Source of the DNA: Leptogorgia sarmentosa
Taxonomy: Eukaryota
Assembly (NCBI GenBank): GCA_964658305.1
Contig: OZ210885.1
Coordinates: 16,058,001-16,122,000, forward strand
Direction of reading: 5' to 3'
Length of the DNA: 64,000 nt
The notes below the pieces were generated by a model that did not search any database, was not told where the DNA came from, and saw only the letters and a program-made list of their open reading frames with translations. Below are positions 12,001-24,943 of the stretch, one piece after another. Both the position numbers and the translations under genes were made by a program. Numbering within the stretch: the stretch's first letter is position 1; every line of letters starts with the position of its first letter.

Positions 12001-12559
12001 GACGGCGGATGAACTTGCAACATCAAGGAGTTGTTGGAGTTTCTCCTTCATTTTAGTGATTATTACGAGGTCGTCGGCATATGATTATTACAAGGTCGTT
12101 GGCATTATGATTAAGTCGGCGGATGAACTTGCGACATCAAGGAGTTTCTCCTTCGTTTTAGTGATTATTACGAGGTCGTGGGCATATGCAAGAACTGAGA
12201 TTTCGCCATTGTGATGTTTAGTTGGACCGATCTGGTGACCTTTTAACGAAATGGCACGGAGGATGATTTCAATACACAGGTTGAACAGTATAGGAGACAG
12301 TGGGCAGCCTTGCTTTACACCAGCTTTGATGGGAATGCTGGGGGTGGAACTAACAGGGGTACGGACTTCAGTGGATGCATTTGTGTAAATGTTTTTAATA
12401 AGGTTTACAATTGAGTCAGGGATACCAAGGTGGGATAAGGTGATCTCAATGACATTGTGAAGTATACTACTGAATGCATTACGTAAATCGAGCCAAGCAA
12501 GGAAAAGATTCTTTTGGTGGCGTTTGGCATCAAGTACCAGTGACTGTAGGATGTGGGTA

Positions 12560-15500
12560 TTATGTTCTATGTATTTGAAAAAACCCAACCCCATACTCAC
12601 TAATTACATGTGTTTATATACTGTTAATAATTAGCATAATTATGACGTAGCATGCATAATAATATTACAACCCCCTTTTTATAGCTAAATCTCTAATCTA
12701 TATTTTTGTTCAAGTTTTCATCATAGATAAAAAATACGTGTCCGAGCTATATATATAGTGAATAGTTTCTTAATATTAATGTTGTTTAACTACTTATATT
12801 AAATTTAAATGTTTCTATACATAGTCCTTATACCGTTCTGGCTTCCTTACAATCCGTCCTGATCTTGTCTTCACGGGCAGTTCTGTTTCATCCGTGGAAC
12901 GGAGGATCTCTTGGCTTTCTTCTCTTGTTTTTTGCTGTTGTGATTGTTCATGCGGTTCATTCATTGTTGGTGAATTGACTTTGCTTTCTTCCTGTGACGG
13001 ACTTTCGGTTGTTTCCCTTACAGATGGGGATTGTGGAACTTGATTATACGTTTTCCTCAAATGTACTCTGTTTCTTCGGTATTGTGCACCATCTTCTGTC
13101 ATAATGTTGAAACTCCTTGGGGTATCTTGTGACAATAGCAGGTTTCCATTTTCCCTCGCGCTGAACAAAAACATCATCGCCTGCCGATAAATGTTCCAAT
13201 GGTCTCGATGATCTATCGTAGTACTTTTTCTGTTCAGCTTGTTTTCGCTTTAATCTTTTCTGAACAATTGTTGGATTGACCATCTTTGGCTGCAGCTGCT
13301 CAGTTGAAGATGGCATTTTTGATCGTAATCTTCTTCCCATACTCAATTGTGCTGGCGATCCCACGTCGTTAATTGGCGTATTTCGGTGTTCCAATATGGC
13401 TAAGTATGGATCTTGATGATCTTTTCGGGCATTCGATAGAATTAACTTCACTGTTCGAACAGTTCTTTCCGCTAGGCCGTTCGTCTTTGGATACAATGGA
13501 CTCAAAGTTACGTGTTTAAAACCCCACGTCTTGGCAAATTCGGCAAACTGTCCGCATGAATACTGTGGACCATTATCGGATTTGATGACTTCTGGTATCC
13601 CATGTCTTGCAAAAAGAGTTTTCATCTTGTCGATTATTACTGCGCTCTTCGTGCTTGAGACTTTAAATATCTCCCAGAATCTGCTGTAGTAGTCAACGAC
13701 TAATAGATAATCATCACCGTTCCAGAAGAACATATCTGTGGCAACAATCGGCCATGGATATTTTGGAACTTCGTTTAAAACCATGGGCTCTTTCTGATTG
13801 CTGGATCTGTATTCTGCACATATAGTACAATTCTTGACCACCGACTCGATATCTTTATTTATGCCTGGCCAAAAAACCAATTCACGAGCCTGTTGTTTAC
13901 TTCTCCCCACGCCCATATGACTTTGATGAATCTTCTTCAACACGTCGTCTCGTAATAAGGGTGGAATGAATATCTTGTTACCCTTGAATACCACGCCTTC
14001 AATTACTGTTATCTCCTCTCTGTAATTCCAGAGTGAATATAATGAACTTGGGAGATGATCTTTGTGACTTGGCCAACCTTCAGAGATAATCTTTACTAAT
14101 GTTTGCATTGTCCCATCTTTACTTGTTTCTTCCTTGATCTCTCTCACTTGTCGTCCGATACAGGTAGGGTTGAGATCATAGAAATCGCATGATGGTCCAA
14201 ATCTAGTGTTTCTTCTTCAGATTTGCAAATGGATAAATGGGCTCTTGACAACGTGTCAACTAAATATAGTTCCTTGCCAGGTCTATATTTTATCTCGATA
14301 TCAAAACTTTGTAAATTCAACAGCATTCTTTGCAAACGAATTGGCGCTTTATCCAGAGACTTTTTCGTAATGGCTTGAAGTGGCTGGTGGTCTGATTCAA
14401 CTACATAGATATACTGATAGAACCGATTGCATCCAAACACGACTGCTAAGAGTTCTTTTTCTATCTGTGCATATCTGGTTTCTGCCGGCGTTAGAGATCT
14501 TGAGGCATACACAACCGGCATATTTGATTGGATAAGAACTGCTCCTAACCCAGATTTCGACGCATCAACCTGCAGCTTCACTGGTTTCGTCACATCGTAA
14601 TAGGTCAACACTCCAGGCTCGGGATTTGCAAGGATGGTCTTAATCTTGTCGAACGCTTTTGCGTGTGTTACTGACCAATGCCATGATACATCTTTTTTAA
14701 GTAATTCTCGCAGTGGTGAAGTGATTTCAGACACGTTCGGTACGAATTTGCTCACATAATTTACCATTCCGAGAAGTCTTTGAACTCCTTTTTTATCCTT
14801 TGGTTCCTTCAGGTTGAATTCCTTCCGGGGTAAACTTGTGTCCGATGTAACTAACATTGGTACACCTGAAATGGCACTTCTCTAACTTGAACTTTAGATT
14901 GCACTCTCTTGCTCTTTCCAACGTAGCCCTTAGACGCTCATCGTGTTCTTGAAGTGTCCTTCCCCACACGAGAATGTCATCAATATCGGTGTGTACTCCC
15001 TGAATATCTTCGAAAATCTGGTGCACACGTTTATGAAATACTTCCTGGGCACTTCGAATTCCAAATGGCATATGGGTAAAACGGAAACGTCCGAATAGTG
15101 TGTTGAAAGTAGTGAGTTTAGCACTCTCTTCGTCAATGGGTATCTGCCAATATCCCGATCTTGCATCCAGCGTGGAGAAATACCGTGCCCCTGGCATTCG
15201 AGCAGCAATTTCTTCTATTGTCGGAAGTTGGTAATGCTCTCTTTTCAATGCTTTATTTAGATCTTTGGGATCGATGCAGATGTGCAGACGTCCATCTTTT
15301 TTCTGGACCACAACCATTGAGTTGACCCAATCTGATGGACCATCGACCTTTTCTAACACTCCTTGTTTGACCATGTCGTCTAGGGTTTTAGCTAGTTGAT
15401 TTCGCACAGGGTGTGGTACTTTGCGAGGTGGATGAATGACAGGGTCTGCATTGGGATCAATTTCCATATGATACGGTCTCGAGAGACAGTCCAGTCCGGT

Positions 15501-16961
15501 GAATACATCAGAATATTCTGCTTGAATCTGTTTCTGGAACTCGTCTTCTGTAGTTTGCTGTGCTGTCATCAAAGGATCCCTGTCTGCCGATTTTACTTGC
15601 AATTCTTGAGTAAACTTGATGAGGTTTAATCTCTTACAGGCTGCTGTGCTGAGTACTGGTTCACTGGGAGACTCGGTTATGTAAAATTCCAGATCATACT
15701 CTTCTCCTCGATGCTTACATTGTAGTTCGCATACAGCTTTAACAGGAACTGGTTTGCCATTATATGCGATGAGATTGAGTGTTGGTTTTCTTAGCGGTAT
15801 TCGCGTAGAGCTCGCTAGTGTTTTGTAGGTCTTGATTGGAATAACATTCACCTCTGCTCCAGTGTCCAATTTGATCTTAACTTCAGTATTGTTCACAGAC
15901 AAAGTTACATATTCAGCTTGATTGTTACTGCTTGTTTTTGTCTCGTCTACGGCGGCTGTTATCCAGTCGAGAAATAAGTAATCATCACCAGTTTCTTCAG
16001 GTTTTAAATCTTTTGTCTTGACTGCATTTAATTTTCCGCTCGAGCGACACATCTTTGCATAGTGATTTAGCTTCTTACATTTATTACATTGACGACCAAA
16101 CGCTGGGCACTTTTGCTTTGGATGTTTATTTCCACAATTTGTACAAGTCTTCCAGGTCTTGTTTCCATTTTGATCTTGACTTGGCTTTCTGTCTTCTGTC
16201 GGTTCGCTTCTTGGCACATATTTCTGTCGCGGTTTGTGTTTTGTTGATTGCTCCGACTTCTTTGTCCTTGTCGAATAGTTTTAATTGTTGTAGAGATAGT
16301 TCATCTGCTTGACATATTTCAATCGCTCGTTTGAGCTTCAAATCCGGCTCTCGAAGAAGCCTTTCCCGGACTCTAGTCGAAACTATTCCGCTTGCGATTC
16401 TGCTGCAGATTAAATCCTCTTTGATGTCGCCCCATTCACAGCTTGAAGCCAGATTCTTGAGTTCTGTCACGTATTGGTCGATCGTTTCAGATTGCTCTTG
16501 ATTCCTCGTCAAAAATCGATGTCGCTCTACGATTAGATTTTTCCTTGGTTTGCAATACTGCTCGAACTGCTGAAATAGCATTCTCACCATCACTATTTCC
16601 TTGCCGTCTTTATCCAAATCAAACTCGAAAGTATCTCGGATATCTTGACCTTGTCTGCCTATTGTGCACATGAATACAGCGACTTTTTCCTCTTTGCTTC
16701 TGTCCTTGCATGTTGCAACTAGGTAGTATTGCATACTTCTTTTCCATTTCGCCCAAGCTTCGGACAAATTGGTCGATTCAAAATTGAGCTCGCCTGGCCC
16801 TCGTATATCGTTTATCTCGTAGCTGAGAAATTGGCCACACCTGACACCATGTTATGTTCTATGTATTTGAAAAAACCCAACCCCGTACTCAGTAATCACA
16901 TGTGTTTATATACTGTTAATAATTAGCATAATTATGACGTAGCATGCATAATAATATTACA
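12560..16961 (-). mobile_element. Gypsy/Ty3 LTR retrotransposon (short ~110-bp LTRs), complete but frameshifted
   Basis: LTRs at 12560-12669 and 16850-16961. PBS TGGTGTCAGG at 16849-16840, PPT AAAAAGGGGG at 12680-12671, TSD GGTA(T). Gene order gag(CCHC)-PR(LDTGA)-RT(DIDD)-RH(DAS)-INT(SDNGPQY, NGLAER). Confidence 0.93.
12815..16790 (-). pseudogene. Gypsy gag-pol polyprotein (frameshifted)
   Basis: ORFs 16126-16767, 14793-16217, 14144-14857, 13044-14147 and 12815-13177 carry consecutive domains, ending in TRSGRIVRKPERY. Confidence 0.88.
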
Positions 16962-17107
16962 GGTATGTTCGTAGCAACCCTCTGTCGGACAAGCACATTT
17001 CTGGGAGGGAGACATGAAGTTGTTATTGATGGAGTAAGTGACCAGACGGTTTGCCATGATGCTCATAAGCAATTTGTATATACAGCTCATAAGGGCAATA
17101 GGACGGA

Positions 17108-17576
17108 AGTTGGACACGTCGGCTGCCAGGCCTTTTTTATGTATGAGGACTGTTCGAGAGGTTTTCCATTGAGCAAGGACATCATTCTCAAGGAGGCAAC
17201 TGTTGAATATATTGCAAAGAATTTTTCCTTTGGGATCAATATTTTTAAGATGTCGGTACTCAACTTGATCAGCTCCAGGGGCAGAATTGGACAGGGAGCG
17301 CAACTTCTTGGAGATTTCTTCGGGTGTAATTGGATCTCCTAGGGACATGTCGGCTGCCGGGCCTTTTTTATGTACGAGGACTGTTCGAGAGGTTTTCCAT
17401 TGAGCAGGGACATCATTCTGAAGGAGGCAACGGTTGAATATGTTGCAAAGAATTTTTCCTTTGGGATCAATATTTTTAAGATGTCGGTACTCAACTTGAT
17501 CAGCTCCAGGGGCAGAATTGGACAGGGAGCGCAACTTCTTGGAGATTTCTTCGGGTGTAATCGGATCTCCTAGGGA
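17108..17576 (-). repeat. In-frame 231-bp tandem duplication in the Utopia-like RT region
   Basis: SLGDPITPEEISKKLRSLSNSAPGAD...HKKG occurs twice in ORF 16932-17657. CTAGGGA at 17339 and 17570. Confidence 0.9.
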
Positions 17577-17933
17577 CTCATCTTTGGGACCAGAAGGGAC
17601 GAATTGGTTTAATCCATTTTTCACCTCATCAACATCCACCGACTTTTCACCGAACACTTTGAAAAAGAAGGAATTAGCTTCGTCTACTGAGCCAGAGTAA
17701 GAGGGCTTGTTATCACTAATGACTTGTCTTGTAGCTCGTTTCTTGGAGATTCGATGTAGGGACGATTTGACGACGCGAAACTTTTACAGACGTTACAAGA
17801 TAAACACCGGTAGATGATTCCACACATCTTTAGGTGTAGTTTGATGTAATGGTCTAATTAATTAGATGTAATTTAATGCAGAAAATTATAGAATTTTGCA
17901 GAGCCCACTCGGGTGTGAACCTGCCTGCGTGCG

Positions 17934-17950
17934 TACTACACTTGATCTTA
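17934..17950 (-). pseudogene. U2: U2 snRNA internal fragment nt 22-38, including the branch-point recognition sequence
   Basis: TAAGATCAAGTGTAGTA lies between the Tx1-C 3' end and the Utopia-like 5' end. Confidence 0.88.
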
Positions 17951-18531
17951 TTTTGAGTTGAACGACGACGGGCTTGTCGACTCCGACGGTGCAATGGAGC
18001 CTGGACCCAAACAAATCGCCCCACCCAGGGGGGTCAGGTAACGCGGATCGACAGGGGTCGTGAGCCCCTTCCCCGTGCCATGATGCAACCGTGAGTGGCC
18101 TGAACGATCCGGTGCTAACCACCTTCACGTCCAGGGATCCCTAACCTAATGATGCTGAAATGGTCAGATGATGATGTTAAACTAAACAATTACAACATGA
18201 GCAGCAACCCCTAGATCAACACCTGTGCAACCCGCTCGGAGCAAGTCCAAGCAAACCACAGGGCAAAAATTGAAACAAATAAACAACCCAATCCGATACA
18301 GGCAGTACAACCAATAAAGGCGACCGCCAGATCTTCATGGGAGGACAATACGAACCAACATTAAACATAAAAACAAATGTGCTGTCCAGTCCAAGACAAC
18401 GACACAAAAACAAACGAGTCCAGAAGGCGACGACAGTACAACCACTGAAGGCGACTGTCGTGCTCCTAGACCACTACATTAACACAAGGAAAACGAAAAA
18501 GGAGAAGAGGGAAGAAAGAAAGAAAAAGGGA

Positions 18532-21049
18532 TCAGGTGATAAAATCCCTGGTAAAGCGGATCCAGTCCTGCTCAGTAAGAGAGCCAATTACACCATCTGC
18601 GAGCCACTCGTGGACAAACCGGTCCCGAGGGCAGTGCCGTTTGTGCATTCGCACTAAAAAGCGGAAGGTGGTCTTCGCCTTCTTCAGGGTGGTGGGAACA
18701 TTTGGAGCAACGTGATCAAAACGATGGGCGTTGCGGCTTAACCAAATGGTGTGTCTTAGTACACCCAGCAAGGCAGAAAAGACAGCGGGCACGTGGTGGT
18801 TTGGAGAGAACCCAAATAATATGGTGGCAACTGGCAGTGAGGGCGCATTCGGTCGGAATTTGTGAAAAATTGACTGGAACCAGTCGATGATCGATACAGA
18901 AAATGGGCAAGAGGTGAATAGATGGAGCAGATTCTCTTGCTCTCCACAAAAACACAGTGGATCCACTCTCATGCCAAACCGAACCAAACGATCGGCCGTG
19001 GGTAAGATGCCGTGGTAGGACAGCCAAGCAGTGTCTTGAACTGACCTCACAAAGCGCCACAGCTGTAATGAGGCCCACACAGCTGGCCATGTGACGTCAA
19101 TGCCCCAGTCTCTAAATTTGGCAACTGAACGATGTTCAATGGTGGAGGAACGCCGGAGCAGGGAATACCCTGTACAAGCAGTGAGCTCAGAGAGAGGAAG
19201 TAATTGTCCAGAAGGACGAGGGATGACCCGTTCGCCCTGCTCGATCCTACCCTTCAAGAGGACCCATGCAGTGAACACGCCCCTATAACAGGGAGGTAGT
19301 TTTTTAATTAAGTAGGCTGGGATCTGATCCCGAGCCAGAACATCAGCAACCGACTGACCAAACGCTAACTCGGTATGGTAGGAAAAGAAGCGGGACCATG
19401 GGTGCATGTGGTTAGCAAAAAAACGACGGAGCCAAACAGCACGAATGGACAAGATTTTATTTGGGGTGTCAACTATGTTTAATCCACCGTCTCCGATGGG
19501 CTGGACCACGGATGTACGCGCCATCCATTCGTGCTTTTTCCCCCAAACAGAAGGAAATATTTTGTTGATTTTAGCAATCGTCATTTTTGGCAGGTCGAAA
19601 ATAGTCGCTTGGTACCAGAAGAGCGACAGCCCCAAGGTATTTATAATGAGTGCTCTGCCCCTAAAAGACAGCTGACGCTGTTTCCATAGTGACAATTGTT
19701 GTTCCAACTTTGCTACTAAAGTATCCCAGTCGGCAGATTCTATATTGGCAACCCGACACCCCAGCACAGTTATGGCGTCACTGGACCAATTGAGCTGGAC
19801 AGGTAGGTCAACCCTATTCTTCCAGGAACCAAAAAGAAGACCATGGCTTTTAGCAATGTTTAGTTTTGCACCTGACGCTTCTTCGTATTTCTCAAAGAGA
19901 GAAAAAAGCGACTGTAGGGCTTTCTCGGAGTGAACAATAACTGACGTATCGTTGGCATACTGAAAAATTTTAATGGTCTCCCCATTGAACATTTGAAAGC
20001 CGTCAATATTGAGGTCCTTTTTTATTGCGTTTGAAATGGTCTCTGCCACAATTATATAGAGTAATGGAGAAAGAGGACACCCTTGACGAACGCTGCAAGT
20101 GATGGTAAAAGCATCGCTCACAAAACCATTAACTAAAATGCGAGAAAAAATGTTGGTGTATAGGAGTTTGACCCATGCACAAAAGGACGGACCAAAATGC
20201 ATCTTTTCCAAAGTGCGTAGCATAAACCCCCAGTCAACTCGATCAAAAGCCTTCTCTTGATCTAAAGATACTATGGCGCCACCGGTATTGTGGCGATTAC
20301 AAAAATTAACTACGTCTTGTAATGTCCTGACATTCAGCCCGGAAAACCAGCCAGGAACACCACAAGCTTGAGATTCCGAGATTACAGAAGAAAGTACTAC
20401 TTTAAGGCGATTAGTAAGCACCTTAGATAGAATTTTGTAATTGGTGCATGAAAGGGAAATGGGCCGCCAATTCTTAAAGTCCAAACGGTCATTTTTCTTA
20501 AAGAGAAGCGAGATTAACCCAGTTCTCTGAGAAAAGGAAAGAGCACCTCGTGCCAAGCAATCATTATATACAGAAACTAAATCAGGTCCTAATGTGTCCC
20601 AAAAGGACTGGTAAAATTCGTACGGTAGACCGTCAAGACCCGGAGATTTGTTATGCTTGAAAGAATTCAAAGCTCGTTGGCATTCAGGTAATGTGACTTC
20701 TCCTTCACAAAGTAGGGCTTCTTGAGAAGAAAGAGATTTATCTAAACTATTGATGAAAAAAGACTCATCCTGGGGTTTATATAAACTAAGTTTATAAAGT
20801 AATGCAACCCCGGCACTACGGATAGAGCCTGGAGAAGATTCTACTAGATAGTGTTGTAAATTATTATGTTTGCTAGATTCAGTAGCTAGCCAGGAATTAA
20901 ACTCTTCAACTGACCGACAATGTTGTCTCCTGAAGTGCAATGATGTCTGGCTTGGCACAATTAAGCCAGAAGAAAAAGGTTTTCCGATTTCGGGGATTAT
21001 GCAATCCCTGTACATTTAAGGTTATAATAAATAAGTGTTGCTTATCCAT
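18532..21049 (-). pseudogene. Tx1 ORF2; most of the endonuclease is deleted and RT YADD is mutated to YAND
   Basis: 827-aa frame with SPGLDGLP, NWRPISL, DQEKAFDRV, RQGCPLSP and FQYAND. It jumps from early EN directly to the linker. Confidence 0.88.
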
Positions 21050-21174
21050 CTTGATTGTATGGGGGGTATACTGTATGATTCTATTACTTTTACTATGTTG
21101 CTATATTATTATTGTACTATTTGACTATATTACTATTTGACTATATTACTATTACTATATTAGCAAGAAACTTG

Positions 21175-22251
21175 CTAAAAACAACTTTCCGACCCATCAT
21201 CGGAAGGAGCACCGCTTTCAGAAAGAGGGCGCAGCGGGAAAAGAGTTTCTTCAGAAGCTTGATTTTCTTCTGGTCTGAAAAGATTCATGGGGCTAGCTGT
21301 ATTAGAAGAGCTAGCACCAACCGGGGCAAAAGGAGTTAACAGTGAGTCCGATAATTCGTTTCCGAAATCTGAAATGGAGCCATTAACGATGACATCAAAA
21401 TCTGACATTCCCTCAATGGAAGGAGTGCCAACCATTAAAGAGGGGATGTATGGTCCCTCATCCTCCGGCAGGGGAACATTCTCAGGTAGAGGACTTACAA
21501 AATGCTCGACCTCTGGCTGGATGGTCGTAGGGGGCACAACACACGAAGACGCTTCTTCACTCTCCACATGAGAATTCTTGCGGAGAGGAGAACGTGAGAG
21601 GTCTTTGTCAGCTGACTTAGAAGACCGACGGCGCTCACGCCGAGGCGGTGCGATAGGGGGGCGTTCCTTGGGCAAGTAACCACTTGCCTCTGGTGTCGGG
21701 GACTCACTGGCTCCAGATGGAGCAGAAGGCAAAACCGAAGTAGGGGCGCTGCCCGAACTTCCGGAAGTCGTGCGAGGCTCGGAGGATACCGTGTCCAACA
21801 AGTTGGCCATGGTTTCTTCAACCTGCACGTTCTCTTGGCCCACCATGGGCCGTACCTCACTACCCGGTGATTCGTGTCTAGCCTGTGCTGACCCCTCAAC
21901 AGCAGGCCGAGAAAGAGTGGGGCAAGACGACCGATTGTGGCCTTCCTGTCCACACCCGAAACAAAGGCGTTTTTGTCCCTTATGATGCACAAAGCACCAG
22001 TGGCCGGCAATTCGCATGCGAAAAGGAATGGGATGTTTTATCTCCATTAACACATGCCTGACGCCAGTATAGATATGAGAGTACACCTCGGATGGGATTT
22101 TACGGATTTCTCCAAAACCGCTGAGGACTTTGGAGATCTCTTCATCCGGGACCCCGTAAGACAGGCGGGTAACATTGACCCAGGTGTATCTAGACACAGG
22201 CCGGACTTGCCCTCTGAACTCATCGGAGGTGCGATTGACGCGAGGAATCAT
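21175..22251 (-). pseudogene. Tx1 ORF1 with N-terminal in-frame deletions
   Basis: Paralogous to 6465-7724 (CFGCGQEGHNRSSC) but lacks two N-terminal blocks. Confidence 0.8.
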
Positions 22252-22305
22252 CCTCACCACACGATATTACTATACTATTATTATATTTTAAATACTAAAT
22301 TGCAT

Positions 22306-22678
22306 ACGAGAACCAAAGTCTCGTAAAAAAGCGAAGAGAAAAAGGGAAAAAAGAACTTAAAACGAGAACCAAGTCTCGCAAACTATAGACCGAGAACCAA
22401 GTTTCGAAAATTCTAAATTAACTAGGCAGAGAACAAAGTCTCGAAAACACACTGTAGTTAACTCGAGAACCAAGTCTCGAAAACTAGCTAAACCGAGAAC
22501 CGAGTCTCGAACACACACTTAACTTATCCGAGAACCAAGTCTCGCAGACTAAATTAGCTTAACCGAGAACCGAGTCTCGAAAACTAACTAAACCGAGAAC
22601 CGAGTCTCGAACACACACTTAAACTAAAACCGAGAACCAAGTCTCGAAAACTAACTAAAACGAGAACACAGTCTCGAA
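22306..22678. repeat. Array of ~11 palindromic CGAGAACCAAGTCTCG units in the Tx1-C 5' UTR
   Basis: Same unit as 7817-8311, with different spacers. Confidence 0.9.
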
Positions 22679-23062
22679 CAGGAAGGGAAGCAGAAAAGAG
22701 GAACGAATCCCTCTAAAAAGGAAAGGAAAAAGGAGCCTGTCCTAACAATTCCCCCGAGAGGGCCTCGCAGTAAGGCACGATCACACGGTGTACCACCAAG
22801 GCCGAAGCCAAGGAGGCCTGAAGCGACCGACACGAACCAAAGGAACGGACTGGACAGCACAGGGACGGACAACACAGGAACGGACTGGACAACAATGGAC
22901 AGCACAGGAAAGGAACAGCACAGGAAAACAGCACAGGAACGGACTGAACAGCACAGGAACAACCAACAGGACAGGACCACGAAACTGAACAGCGTCACAG
23001 CAAGGAAATCTTCTTCACCAGAAACCAGACTTCGGCAGAAAGACCACCAACTGTCAAAACAA

Positions 23063-23082
23063 CTTAGCCAAAAGGCCGAGAG
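23063..23082 (-). pseudogene. U2: U2 snRNA 5' fragment (nt ~7-25)
   Basis: Minus strand TCTCGGCCTTTTGGCTAAG. Confidence 0.85.
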
Positions 23083-23410
23083 AAATGCGGTCCTCCTTCG
23101 CGCTGCCATTAGCAGCCCCGGCTGCAAAATTGCAAGCGAAACGAGCCACAAACGTTATGGCACGCGGTGATGATGAACGCATACAATCAATCATTTGTGC
23201 GCTGCTAATTAATTCGGCTGCACGCGCGAAACTGCTCGCGATGCGGATGCCTTATCCACGAATTTCTGGTGATTTTTTCCCGGTTGCAGGGCGCACATGG
23301 TGCGTTTTCCCGACCTACCTTGGTTCGCTGGCTTCACGACCGATTCGGGAATGGCAAATGACCGACATGCACTGAGTTGAATGAAGCGTGTCCGGTTGCG
23401 TTTCGGTTGG
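23083..23410 (-). promoter_or_regulatory. U2 gene upstream region (proximal part deleted)
   Basis: Highly similar to 50868-50889 plus 51298-51595, which lie upstream of the U2 5' end at 50813. Confidence 0.7.
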
Positions 23411-23413
23411 GGA

Positions 23414-23511
23414 ATGGCCAAGGTCCAAAAATCAGTTTAATATATGAGTTAGGACATTGCCTAACAAATCAGATATTAAGCCGATAAGAACAGAAACTAC
23501 ACTTGATCTTA
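23414..23511 (-). pseudogene. U2: U2 snRNA nt 22 to ~120 (3' truncated)
   Basis: TAAGATCAAGTGTAGTTTCTGTTCTTATCGGCTTAATATCTGAT...GATTTTTGGACC. Confidence 0.92.
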
Positions 23512-24943
23512 TTTTGAGTTGAATGACGTAAGGTTTCGATCATTTCTGACCTGATTCTGGTAGTTCAATGGAACCTCACCTTGTGCAAACGCAGGTGGCG
23601 CTGACCGTCAGGGGTTGTGAGCCCCTCCCCCGTGACATGAGACAACCATGAATGGCCTGAACGATCCGGTGCTAACCACCTTCACGCCCAGGGATCCCTA
23701 ACCTATCATGGTGAAATGGTCAGATTATGATGTTAATCTGGATGGTATCAACATGAGCGGCAACCCCACTGATGCAGCAAGATCGAAAAACATTGAAAAG
23801 CCTGTGCAACCCACACGAGTACAAACCCGAGTGAACCACAGGGCAAAATTAAAGATGCAAGAACAAAGAACATCATCAGACACAGACTGTGCAACCAATG
23901 AAAGCGACCGTCACGTCATCAGATTAACACACACTGCCATCAAATCGCTGACTGTTGCGACTAAGCGAAATATGATGCCGAAGTACACCAAGCAACGCTG
24001 TGTAAGCAACGGGAACACGAGAACCTGAAGAGAAACCAAAGAGTATGTCCGAAAGAGAAGACACAGATGGACATGCGTGTTGTACCCGAGCCAAAAACCA
24101 GTCAAGAACTGCCTTAGCAACCTGACATCGAGCGAAAAGATGAGCCAGGTCTTCCGGAAGACCACAGAAACAATCTGGGTTGACATGGGTTCACGATGGC
24201 CAACTTAGTCAATGCCCATATCACGGAATTTGGCTAAGGAACGATGCTCAACTTGCCGCTGCCGCGAGAGGAACAAGTACCCCTGCGAAGCCAACGGAGG
24301 AGCATGAAATACCAGCTCCATATGATGAGTAAAAAAGACTGACCGAGGATGAGGAGAGGTCGACAAGTATCGTCGGAACCAGACAGCCTTCAATGAGGAG
24401 ATTTTACATGCCACGTCGACCACGCCCAACCCACGATAGGATGCGGGCTGCTTGACAGAAGAACGAGCCATCCATTCACGTTTCTTCCCCCACACAAAGG
24501 GGAAAAGGATCTTATTAACGGCATTAACAACAGACTTGGGTACATCAAAATTGGTGGCTTGATACCAAAAAATGGAAAGTCCCAATACATTTGCGATTAA
24601 TGCACGCCCCTGGAACGGCAACTGGCGCTGTTTCCACAACACCAATTGGCCTTGAAACTGGCCAAGCAACGATATCCAGTCAACCTCATTATTATCATCA
24701 TTGGACCAATTCAGCTCAATCGGCAAATTGACCCGCTGCTTCCACAACCCAACCAAAAGCCCATGACTCTTAGCAACATTCAGTCTGGCACCAGATGCCC
24801 GTTCATACCTCTCAAACAAAGAAAACAAGGCCTGTAAAGCACGATCAGATTGAACGAGTATACTGGTGTCATCCACATACTGGACAATTTTCACTGTCTG
24901 ACCTCCAGGCAAGGCGAACCGTCGATTGCCGGATCTTTCTTTA

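Larger units (their letters stand above)
9283..17933 (-). mobile_element. RLE-encoding (R2/NeSL group) U2-specific non-LTR retrotransposon, Utopia-like, with nested insertions
   Basis: Bounded by U2 nt 22-38 (17950-17934) and U2 nt 38/39 onward (9282). RT pieces SAPGAD, NFRPIAL, WLDLRNAF, GVKQGCPLSPILFN, YRYLGVP, GGLG. RLE motif RPDIV...IDVTCPFD...KVNKY...GALGSW. Confidence 0.88.
17951..23062 (-). mobile_element. Tx1-clade retrotransposon copy C inserted in U2 (TAAG duplication)
   Basis: 5' flank CTCGGCCTTTTGGCTAAG; 3' junction CTCAAAA|TAAGATCAAG. ORF1 21175-22260 and ORF2 18532-21049, both with internal deletions. Confidence 0.92.

Noticed and set aside
17800..17933. HDV-like ribozyme at the 5' end of the RLE element
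   Set aside because: I could not build the nested double pseudoknot by eye, and the region is short and deleted.
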